From Oscillospiraceae bacterium (GTDB lineage: Bacteria > Bacillota > Clostridia > UMGS1883), in contig JAFLUQ010000002.1 in the NCBI GenBank assembly GCA_022508735.1, forward strand, positions 2,045-34,044: a stretch of DNA of 32,000 bases, given 5' to 3'. Shown here one piece after another: positions 14,286-21,687 of the stretch. A program made the position numbers and the translations under genes. Every line of letters begins with the position of its first letter. Within the stretch, counting starts at the first letter, position 1. The notes under the pieces were generated by a model. The model was not told the DNA's origin. It searched no databases and saw only the letters and a program-made list of their open reading frames with translations.

Positions 14286-16277
14286 ATGACACTTGGAAGT
14301 TTATTTGACGGAATTGGAGGCTTTCCCTTAGCCGCCACGATATCGGGGATAATGCCCGTGTGGGCATCAGAAATCGAGCCGTTTTGTATAGCGGTCACTA
14401 AAAAGCACTTTCCCAACATGGTACATTTAGGGGATATCACGAAAATAGACGGACGTAAGATCCCGCCCGTGGACATAATCACCTTCGGCTCTCCGTGTCA
14501 GAATATGTCCGTGGCAGGGGATAGAACGGGACTGGAAGGAGACCAAAGCCGACTGTTTTATGAGGCTATACGAATTATATACGAAATGAGGGAAGCGACA
14601 AATGGAGCAGCTCCAACTTACATTGTATGGGAGAACGTCCCAGGAGCCTTTTCCAGTAATGGAGGAAGAGACTTTCAGGCCGTGCTCTCGGAAGTCACAA
14701 AGGCCAATATTCCAATGCCTCGAAGTGGACGGTGGGCAAACGCCGGAGTGGTTCGAGGGGGGGCAATTACTTTCGCATGGCGGCTCCTCGACGCTCAATA
14801 TTGGGGAGTCCCCCAGCGTCGCAAGAGAATCTACGCTGTCGGAAGTTTTGGAAGCCGAAGTGCCGAAGAAATATTATTTAAGCCCGAAAGCGTGTCAGGG
14901 GATTATTCGCCGTGCGGAGAGGCGGGGCAAGGCCCTGCCGCCGCTACTGATGGAAGCGCTGAACAACATGATACAGCTCGGCGAAGCACAGTAGTATTTG
15001 ACGGTAGTCAAATAACATGTCCTACAAATAAAAGCAATCCTAATATTAACGCACAAGTACATACGCTATCAAAAACTAATGCAAATAGCGCTATCCTTTG
15101 TATTATCAACGATCGAGGCGGCGAGAGCATAACAGTTGAAAAAGATAGTATATCTCCCACGCTGAGAGCCCAGTCTCATGGGAATTTGCCTGTAGTGTGT
15201 GTTCGGGAACGATGCGGCTGTGAGGGAGGCGGAAAAGGGTGCTTAGTGCAAGAGAATATAACTGGAACGCTTGCTACGAATAACGACCAATTTGTTGTTT
15301 GTGCAGCGGGATTTTGCCCCGAGCAGTCAGCGAAAACTCGCGGAATTGGTTATGAAGAAGAAAAAAGTCCCACACTTAGGACTGGAGTTGTCCCAGGATG
15401 CATATATGCCATAGACCGTGCCGCCTTTAATCAGGGCACAAATGCACAGTGCGATTTTGAAATATCGGACAAAGGCATTGCTTCTACGCTTGTGGTTAAA
15501 GGCCCTTCGGAGGTGGCGTATGGGATTAGTTCTGACAACAGTAACGCCATGAAATCACCAAACCCGCACAGCGGCATTTATGAAGCAAAAACCGCCAGGA
15601 CACTGGATTGCAACGGCGGAAATCCATGCTGTAATCAAGGAGGAGTTGTAATAGTACAGCCTGCTTACGCCATTGGAAACGGACAGTCCAATCAAACGGG
15701 AACAGAGTTGTCTGATCGATCCGGAACATTGAACTGTATGCACGATCAACAGGAGGTTATATATCCTACTGAAACAAAATTTTGGGAAGCATATCAACAT
15801 CATGGCTATAGGCAAAGCGAAAGTGCAGGAACTTTAACAATGGGACAAAATGACCATGTGCGTGGAGATACGCCGATAATAACACAAAGCTATGGAGCGA
15901 ACTGCCGTAACGACACCTTGAACGAAGAATTATACCCGACATTGCAGGCAAAAGAAAGTGGCGGACAGTCTCTAAATTACAGTGGTGTATTACTTCAAAA
16001 AATATGGTGCTGGATAGCCCGTCGCCTTATTCCGCTGGAATGTGGCCGGTTGCAGGGGTATCCTGACCATTGGACCGACATAGGGCCGTGGACTGACGAT
16101 AAAGGCAAGTTACATAAAGAAAGCTCAGACACATCGCAGTATCGGGCGTACGGCAACAGTATTGCCGTACCATGCGGTTTGAGAGTTATCGGTGCTATTG
16201 CGGAATATGAGAGGAGTAAAAAACCATGCTTAACCACGTTACATTACAGGGCCGCATTACCCGCGACCCGGAATTAA
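14286..16277 (+). CDS. DNA (cytosine-5)-methyltransferase with an exceptionally long variable region (putatively multispecific)
   Basis: Motif I LFDGIGG, IV GSPCQ, VI ENVPG, VIII QRRKRIY, then IX/X (ECGRLQGYPDHW, YGNSIAVP). About 390 aa lie between motifs VIII and IX. Confidence 0.93.
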   Translation: MTLGSLFDGIGGFPLAATISGIMPVWASEIEPFCIAVTKKHFPNMVHLGDITKIDGRKIPPVDIITFGSPCQNMSVAGDRTGLEGDQSRLFYEAIRIIYEMREATNGAAPTYIVWENVPGAFSSNGGRDFQAVLSEVTKANIPMPRSGRWANAGVVRGGAITFAWRLLDAQYWGVPQRRKRIYAVGSFGSRSAEEILFKPESVSGDYSPCGEAGQGPAAATDGSAEQHDTARRSTVVFDGSQITCPTNKSNPNINAQVHTLSKTNANSAILCIINDRGGESITVEKDSISPTLRAQSHGNLPVVCVRERCGCEGGGKGCLVQENITGTLATNNDQFVVCAAGFCPEQSAKTRGIGYEEEKSPTLRTGVVPGCIYAIDRAAFNQGTNAQCDFEISDKGIASTLVVKGPSEVAYGISSDNSNAMKSPNPHSGIYEAKTARTLDCNGGNPCCNQGGVVIVQPAYAIGNGQSNQTGTELSDRSGTLNCMHDQQEVIYPTETKFWEAYQHHGYRQSESAGTLTMGQNDHVRGDTPIITQSYGANCRNDTLNEELYPTLQAKESGGQSLNYSGVLLQKIWCWIARRLIPLECGRLQGYPDHWTDIGPWTDDKGKLHKESSDTSQYRAYGNSIAVPCGLRVIGAIAEYERSKKPCLTTLHYRAALPATRN

Positions 16278-16648
16278 AAACAACTACGAGCAGCGTAAGC
16301 ACCTGCAGCTTCACGCTGGCGGTGGACAGGAGTTATAAAAGCGGCGAGCAGAAGGCCGATTTCATCAACTGTGTCGCATGGAGAAGCTCAGCAGAGTTTA
16401 TAACGAGATATTTCAAGAAGGGCGATATGTTCCTCGTTGAGGGCAGTATCCAGACACGCAGTTGGGAGAAGGACAGCAAAAGGTATTACGCAACTGAGGT
16501 CTTAGTGGACAGAGTACACTTCTGCGGCCGGCAGGAAACGCAGCCTACTTTGGGAGCTCCGGCTACTGAAGAAGCACCGGCTGCGGCATACGGCGGACTC
16601 GGTGAGCCGATAGTGTTGACCGGCTCGGAAGATGATTTGCCGTTTTAA
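16226..16648 (+). CDS. ssb: Single-stranded DNA-binding protein
   Basis: OB-fold signature LQGRITRDPELK...ADFINCVAWR...FLVEGSIQTRSWE and an acidic C-terminal tip DDLPF. GAGGAG SD. The gene overlaps the methyltransferase 3' end by 52 nt. Confidence 0.92.
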   Translation: MLNHVTLQGRITRDPELKTTTSSVSTCSFTLAVDRSYKSGEQKADFINCVAWRSSAEFITRYFKKGDMFLVEGSIQTRSWEKDSKRYYATEVLVDRVHFCGRQETQPTLGAPATEEAPAAAYGGLGEPIVLTGSEDDLPF

Positions 16649-16688
16649 GATGTTCGGAAATTCCGAACAAGTTGGGGAGTGGTAAAAA

Positions 16689-17501
16689 TTGAATGCTGTA
16701 ATCAAATATCCCGGATCAAAATGGTCTATCGCAAAATGGATCATAGACTTCTTTCCTCAGCACCACAGCTACTTGGAGCCCTTCTTCGGATCCGGCGCTG
16801 TGCTTTTCACCAAGAAGCGGAGCGCCATAGAGACGGTGAACGATCTTGACGGTGATGTTGTTAACTTTTTTGACTGGATAAAGAAGGATACCGAAAAACT
16901 GGCAAGAGCCATCTACTGGATACCCTATTCGCGAGAGGTATATGACAGAGCGTGCGAGGCACGGCACATGGAAACGGACAGTTTTCAGAGAGCCTGTGAT
17001 TTTTGCGTAAGAATGATGCAGGGTCACGGCTTCCGCACTAACGGAGGGAAGGTCGGATGGAAGAACGATGTACAAGGGCGAGAAGCTGCCTATGCTGCCA
17101 TTGGTTGGTGCAAAATGCCGGAAGTGATACTTGAAACTGCAGAACGGCTGCGAGGCGTGCAGATAGAGAACCGCCCGGCCGTGGAAGTTATATCACGCTT
17201 CAACTATGCAAATGTTCTGATTTACGCTGACCCACCGTATCTGCTCAGCACCCGGCACGGAAAACAGTATAAATGCGAAATGACCGATGCCGACCACGAA
17301 GAATTGCTTGAGGCATTGAAAGTGCATAGAGGGCCGGTGCTCCTCTCGGGATATGACAGTGACCTATATAACACTACTTTGCGTGGCTGGTACCGGAAGG
17401 AGATATCAACTATGGCACAGACCGCCGCCAAACGCCGAGAGGTTCTGTGGATGAATTATGAGCCGCCATGCCAGCAATTAGAAATGGAGGACACTACATG
17501 A
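16689..17501 (+). CDS. N6-adenine DNA methyltransferase (D12/Dam class)
   Basis: KYPGSKW, EPFFGSGAV (FxGxG) and the catalytic DPPY motif (IYADPPYL). TTG start with GGGGAGTGG upstream. Confidence 0.88.
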   Translation: MNAVIKYPGSKWSIAKWIIDFFPQHHSYLEPFFGSGAVLFTKKRSAIETVNDLDGDVVNFFDWIKKDTEKLARAIYWIPYSREVYDRACEARHMETDSFQRACDFCVRMMQGHGFRTNGGKVGWKNDVQGREAAYAAIGWCKMPEVILETAERLRGVQIENRPAVEVISRFNYANVLIYADPPYLLSTRHGKQYKCEMTDADHEELLEALKVHRGPVLLSGYDSDLYNTTLRGWYRKEISTMAQTAAKRREVLWMNYEPPCQQLEMEDTT

Positions 17502-18199
17502 AACCTATATATAAGCCGCGAGGAGCGGCTAAGGAATACGGAGATCTTGCTATTAACATATACACAGGCTGCCCGCATAGGTGTTATTACTGCTTTGCGC
17601 CCAGCGTGAAGCGCCAGGATAGGGAAGAATTTCACAGCCACGTTGAACCCAGAGAGGGCATTGTTGAGGCCGTAGCCCGACAGCTGGAGCGTGAGAAGAT
17701 CACGGACAAGCTGATACACCTTTGTTTTACCTGTGACCCATACCCGACAGGATATGACAGCACAGCCACACGTGAGATCATAAAACTTTTGAAGGACAGC
17801 GGGAACCATGTACAGATACTCACAAAGGGCGATGGCAGCAGGGATTTTGATTTGCTTGACGAAAACGATTGGTATGGCATTACATATACAGGGGCCAAGC
17901 TTTCACAAGAGATCGGTGCTTACGACCCTAACTCTCGGCTATGTGACCTTGTAACCGCAAAACATCAAGGAATAAAAACATGGATATCTTTTGAACCGGT
18001 AATAAATGCCGCTGATGTACTTGATCTTATTTACGGCAGTGTTTACACATACGTTGACCTCGTAAAGATCGGCAAACTTAACTATCACCCCAGCAATATT
18101 AACTGGAAAGAGTTTGGCAACGAGGCGGAGGCGCTCTGCAAAGCTCGCAATCTGAACTACTACATAAAGGATTCGCTGCGGAAGGAAATGGAGGTTTAG
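17498..18199 (+). CDS. Radical SAM protein (SplB/COG1533-like Cx3Cx2C enzyme)
   Basis: INIYTGCPHRCYYCFAP carries the CxxxCxxC cluster motif. GGAGG lies 7 nt before the ATG. ATGA overlap with the preceding methyltransferase gene. Confidence 0.7.
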   Translation: MKPIYKPRGAAKEYGDLAINIYTGCPHRCYYCFAPSVKRQDREEFHSHVEPREGIVEAVARQLEREKITDKLIHLCFTCDPYPTGYDSTATREIIKLLKDSGNHVQILTKGDGSRDFDLLDENDWYGITYTGAKLSQEIGAYDPNSRLCDLVTAKHQGIKTWISFEPVINAADVLDLIYGSVYTYVDLVKIGKLNYHPSNINWKEFGNEAEALCKARNLNYYIKDSLRKEMEV

Positions 18200-18201
18200 A
18201 T

Positions 18202-18594
18202 ATGGCATCATTCAGAAAATGCCCTCGATGCAGTAAATTATTCGAGGGGCGAAAGAAGTATTGCCCGGAGTGCCGCTCGATAGTGGACAAGGAAATCCGA
18301 AAGCGCTACGCAGATGCTCACAAGGCCGAAGCAAGGGAATATATGCGGAATTACCAACAACTACGCAAAAAACCTGCCATATGTAAGGACTGCGGCAAGG
18401 AATTTAAGCGGACAGGACCGCGTCAGGAGTGTTGTACCGCCTGTTCTGCCAAACGAAGATCAAATAAGACTATCACGCATGAGCGTAAAGCTCCGTCGTC
18501 GCTTGCAGAGATAAACAGTATAGCCCGGTCACGCGGTAAGTCATACGGACAACAAGTGGCTGAAATGTTTGTGCAAGCAAATGTCTGCAAGTAA
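18202..18594 (+). CDS. Zinc-ribbon phage protein
   Basis: CPRC...CPEC and CKDC...CTAC pairs in a basic protein. Confidence 0.65.
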   Translation: MASFRKCPRCSKLFEGRKKYCPECRSIVDKEIRKRYADAHKAEAREYMRNYQQLRKKPAICKDCGKEFKRTGPRQECCTACSAKRRSNKTITHERKAPSSLAEINSIARSRGKSYGQQVAEMFVQANVCK

Positions 18595-18610
18595 CAGTCA
18601 AGTGAAAATT

Positions 18611-18634
18611 TCCCGTAAATATGCGGGATTTTTG
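18611..18634 (+). terminator. Intrinsic terminator inside the early/middle region
   Basis: TCCCG, loop taaatatg, CGGGA, followed by TTTTT. Confidence 0.5.
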
Positions 18635-18696
18635 AACACATGCGTATGTTTGCGTATGTTCGTGCAAGTAAAATATCTCCGGGGGGACGAGAGAAA

Positions 18697-18939
18697 ATGT
18701 TTGGCAAAAAAAAAACTGAAGAACAGAAAGATAATATGCGCTACGCTAATTGTTACCGGTGTGGATGGCGGGTACCGTTACATAATAATCCGGCGGGGTG
18801 CATCTTTGAGATTATGGACATGTTGGACATGGAGTCGTGCCGCGGGCGGTCTCGCTGTAAAATGTACGTTACGGACTCTCTTCTTAAAGTGCATTTGGAA
18901 TCACTTCTTCATTCAGATAGATCGGAGGAAGGAAAATGA
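18697..18939 (+). CDS. Small Cys-rich hypothetical protein (80 aa)
   Basis: ATG at 18697. ATGA coupling to the next gene at 18936. The alternative overlapping frame 18569-18958 lacks coupling. Confidence 0.5.
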   Translation: MFGKKKTEEQKDNMRYANCYRCGWRVPLHNNPAGCIFEIMDMLDMESCRGRSRCKMYVTDSLLKVHLESLLHSDRSEEGK

Positions 18940-19766
18940 AGGACACATTTATCTTTAAAGCAAGTTATACGGAATATTTCAGGCAACTGGACCTTTCTCT
19001 GCATGATATAGGATGGATCGTAACTGCTATGTCAAACTATACTACCACTGGTGAAGTTCCGACTATCGACGAGGCGGGGCCCATACTTTACAGCGCCTTT
19101 ATGCTCATCAAGGTTGATCTTGATAAAAACGCGAAAAAGTACGCCGAGACCTGCCAGAAACGCAGCGAGGCGGGCAGACAGGGCGGCAGATCGAGAAGGG
19201 ACTCCGAACTGCCCGAGGAAGGAAATCAAAATAAAGCAAAAGAAGCAAATGCTTTTTCTGAAAGCAATTGCCAGCAAACTAAGCAAACCGAGCAAAATAA
19301 CCCTGATAATGATAGTGGTAGTGATATTGTTATTGATAATGATATTGATATTGATATTGTTATTGATAATGCAGCAGCAGTCGCTAACGCTCCTGCTGCT
19401 ATGCCCGCGACCGCTCAGGAAGACCCCGTCCGAAAGCTTTACGAAGAGCTTATTGGGCCGTGGAACTCCCATGTTCAGAAAACGCTGTCATCCTTCGGGG
19501 CCCCGCCGGAGCTTATTTGCTATGCCATAACCGAGGCGAGCAACAACAACGTGCTCAAGCTCAGTTACATAGCTAAAATTCTTGAGGCAAAGAAAGCCTC
19601 AGGAATAACGGACGCCAAGTCGGCAAGGGCGAGGCCTCAGAAAAACAGCCCTTCACCTCAGAAAAAAGGCCTCGACCCTCAGGCAGTGATTGAAATGCAG
19701 ATGCGGCTTAACAAAGGGGGAAGCAAACATGAAGATAGTTGTCAACGCTATACCGCCAAGCAATAA
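18936..19766 (+). CDS. DnaD-like replisome organiser/replication initiation protein
   Basis: The C-terminal domain KLYEELIGPW...ELICYAITEASNNNVLKLSYIAKILEAKKASGITD matches the DnaD/DnaB_2 pattern. A central acidic low-complexity linker is present. Confidence 0.7.
   Translation: MKDTFIFKASYTEYFRQLDLSLHDIGWIVTAMSNYTTTGEVPTIDEAGPILYSAFMLIKVDLDKNAKKYAETCQKRSEAGRQGGRSRRDSELPEEGNQNKAKEANAFSESNCQQTKQTEQNNPDNDSGSDIVIDNDIDIDIVIDNAAAVANAPAAMPATAQEDPVRKLYEELIGPWNSHVQKTLSSFGAPPELICYAITEASNNNVLKLSYIAKILEAKKASGITDAKSARARPQKNSPSPQKKGLDPQAVIEMQMRLNKGGSKHEDSCQRYTAKQ
19323..19371 (+). repeat. Iteron-like direct repeat inside the replisome-organiser gene
   Basis: GATATTGTTATTGATAATG occurs at 19323-19341 and again at 19353-19371 (30-bp period), with ATTGAT sub-repeats between. 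Confidence 0.7.
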
Positions 19767-20376
19767 CAAGTTTATAGACAACAGTCATAGTTTCAATGTT
19801 TACCGGCGGGAAAAGCAAAAGTGGCACTGGTTGATAAAGGCAGCGATCACCGAGAAACCGCCAGAGCCTATCGAAAAGGCCATTGTGCGTATTACATACT
19901 TCTTTCCCGACCGTAGGCGTAGAGACCCGGATAACTATAGCGGGAAGTTTATTCTGGATCCGCTCACAAGAGAGGGCATAATCGCCGATGATGATTTTAA
20001 GCACGTTCGGCTTGAGCTTGCCGCAGAGGTGGACAGGCTGAACCCGAGGACAGAAATCGAGATCGTCGAAGTCAGCGCAGAAACGCTGAGTGGATTTTCG
20101 GAGAGCATAAAACAAATGCTTCAGACGGAGACTGAAGCGGAGGAGAACCAAGACTACGTATTTCAAAAAGGCGGTATGCTTGAACAGATAACGAAAACAA
20201 GGCCGAATAAAGGAATATGCGAAACTTGCGGAAACTGCGTCAAGATTGGCAAGACAGCTCTTGCTTGCGTTCCCCATGATAAATTGATAATTCCGTGGTT
20301 ACCGCCATTTCACGGAAACTGCAAGTGCAAGGACTGGAAGACGAAGGAGATAACCGACCATGGAAAAAATGACTAA
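19729..20376 (+). CDS. rusA: RusA-family Holliday junction resolvase fused to a C-terminal Cys-rich extension
   Basis: RRRDPDNYSGKFILDPLTREGIIADDD matches the RusA core. About 95 extra residues contain CETCGNC...C...CKC. ATG at 19729 follows AAAGGGGGAAG. Confidence 0.75.
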   Translation: MKIVVNAIPPSNNKFIDNSHSFNVYRREKQKWHWLIKAAITEKPPEPIEKAIVRITYFFPDRRRRDPDNYSGKFILDPLTREGIIADDDFKHVRLELAAEVDRLNPRTEIEIVEVSAETLSGFSESIKQMLQTETEAEENQDYVFQKGGMLEQITKTRPNKGICETCGNCVKIGKTALACVPHDKLIIPWLPPFHGNCKCKDWKTKEITDHGKND

Positions 20377-20722
20377 AGCCGAAGCTATAGCGAACCATCG
20401 TAAAATGTGGAACTGGATAGCAGACGAGACCGAGAAGCGGCAACGGTGCGTCAGCAAAGACGAGTATTTTTACACTGTGGATATAGCCAACAGGCCACAT
20501 CAAAGATGCTATTGCTGCGAATACAGCGCCCAAAACGGCATATTGCCGTTTCCTGAGTATGATTGCGGCCTTTGCCCGGTAGTATGGCCATTTGGTGGCC
20601 TTTGCTGCACTCCGGATGAAGATGGATTATATGACTGTTGGTGTAGAACATATGGCCTAGATTGGCAACTCGCCGCCGAGCTTGCGCGGCAGATTGCAGA
20701 GCTGCCGGAAAGGGAGGGATAG
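20360..20722 (+). CDS. Cys-rich hypothetical phage protein
   Basis: 120 aa with multiple CC/CxxC motifs. It overlaps the previous gene by 17 nt. Confidence 0.6.
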   Translation: MEKMTKAEAIANHRKMWNWIADETEKRQRCVSKDEYFYTVDIANRPHQRCYCCEYSAQNGILPFPEYDCGLCPVVWPFGGLCCTPDEDGLYDCWCRTYGLDWQLAAELARQIAELPEREG

Positions 20723-20724
20723 CT

Positions 20725-21141
20725 ATGACAGCAAAGGAATATTTGAGCCGGGGGCGGAGGTTAGATGAGCTGATTGACAGCGATGTGCGGGAGCTGCAGC
20801 GTCTACGTCATTTAGCGATGTCGATCACGCCAAACTACGAAGGTGAGCCTGTTTCCGGGGGAGAGGTCAAGAGCAGGACTGAGGAGATCGTTGTCAAGAT
20901 ATGTTCTCTGGAGGAGCGGATACAATCTGAAATCGACGATTATGTTGACGTGCAGCGGGAAATCCGTGAAGCTATCGTAAACGTAAAGAATCCCAATGAG
21001 CGGCTATTACTTCGCGAGCGGTACATAATTTTTCGGAGCTGGGAGGATATAGCTGAAAAGATGGGGTATTCAGTGCGTAGTGTTTATACAATTCATGGAC
21101 GAGCCTTGAGAAAAATTAAAGTTCCTGAAACTTTGCAGTAA
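20725..21141 (+). CDS. Sigma-70 region-4-like late-gene regulator (RinA/ArpU/DUF1492-type)
   Basis: C-terminal HTH LLLRERYIIFRSWEDIAEKMGYSVRSVYTIHGRALRKI. It sits immediately upstream of the terminase genes. GGGAGGG lies 6 nt before the ATG at 20725. Confidence 0.7.
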   Translation: MTAKEYLSRGRRLDELIDSDVRELQRLRHLAMSITPNYEGEPVSGGEVKSRTEEIVVKICSLEERIQSEIDDYVDVQREIREAIVNVKNPNERLLLRERYIIFRSWEDIAEKMGYSVRSVYTIHGRALRKIKVPETLQ

Positions 21142-21147
21142 ATTTCA

Positions 21148-21177
21148 TTGAATTTCATGTGTGACCTGTGCTATAAT
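21148..21177 (+). promoter_or_regulatory. Putative late promoter
   Basis: TTGAAT (21148-21153), 18-nt spacer, TGc-TATAAT (21169-21177). Confidence 0.55.
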
Positions 21178-21188
21178 GTAAGCTGTGA

Positions 21189-21226
21189 AAAAGGCACAGA
21201 CGGGGGTTTGTGCCTTTTGTGTTTTT
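21189..21226 (+). terminator. Intrinsic terminator immediately downstream of the putative late promoter
   Basis: AAAAGGCACA (21189-21198), 10-nt loop, TGTGCCTTTT (21209-21218), then GTGTTTTT. Confidence 0.7.
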
Positions 21227-21243
21227 CGAAAGGAGGGTCACCC

Positions 21244-21687
21244 ATGACCGACAAGCAGCGTAAGTTTGCAGACGAGTATATTGTGGATTGCAATGCCACA
21301 AGGGCATATAGGGCGGCTTATCCGAATGTGCGAAACGACAACACGGCGGCTGTAAATGGCAACAGATTGCTAAGAAATGCTAACGTAGCGGTCTACATCG
21401 AGGAAAGACTTGCCGAGATCAGCAGCCGAAAGACGGCCGAGGCAAAGGAAGTTATGGAGTATCTTACCTCGGTAATGCGCGGAGAAAGCTCTGCCGCTGT
21501 GGTAGTTGTTGAGGGGTGCGGTGACGGATGCTCAGAGGCCAAAATCATTGCGAAGCCCCCGGACGAAAGGGAACGCCTCAAGGCTGCGGAGCTTCTGGGC
21601 AAGCGCTTTGGCCTATTCACAAACAACGTAAATCTGGAGGGGGCTATCCCCGTTATAATCTCCGGCGGTGAGGATCTTGAGGACTGA
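21244..21687 (+). CDS. terS: Terminase small subunit (Terminase_2/XtmA-like)
   Basis: KQRKFADEYIVDCNATRAYRAAYPN...NGNRLLRNANVAVYIEE. GGAGGG SD before the ATG at 21244. Confidence 0.88.
   Translation: MTDKQRKFADEYIVDCNATRAYRAAYPNVRNDNTAAVNGNRLLRNANVAVYIEERLAEISSRKTAEAKEVMEYLTSVMRGESSAAVVVVEGCGDGCSEAKIIAKPPDERERLKAAELLGKRFGLFTNNVNLEGAIPVIISGGEDLED

Noticed and set aside
18569-18958. 129-aa ORF overlapping the 18697-18939 ORF in another frame
   Set aside because: It would start inside the preceding zinc-ribbon gene and run across a terminator hairpin. The 18697 frame instead ends in an ATGA overlap with the next gene. Confidence in either frame is modest.
19032-19530. Overlapping ORFs in both strands across the low-complexity region (19051-19530 plus strand, 19032-19472 minus strand)
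   Set aside because: The ATTGAT-type repeats keep several frames open. The DnaD-like frame (18936-19766) alone has recognisable domains and translational coupling on both sides.
21148-21243. Upstream extension of the terS ORF (MNFMCDLCYNVSCEK...)
   Set aside because: It covers the promoter-like and terminator sequences. The ATG at 21244 has a GGAGGG SD and marks the start of the conserved Terminase_2 sequence.
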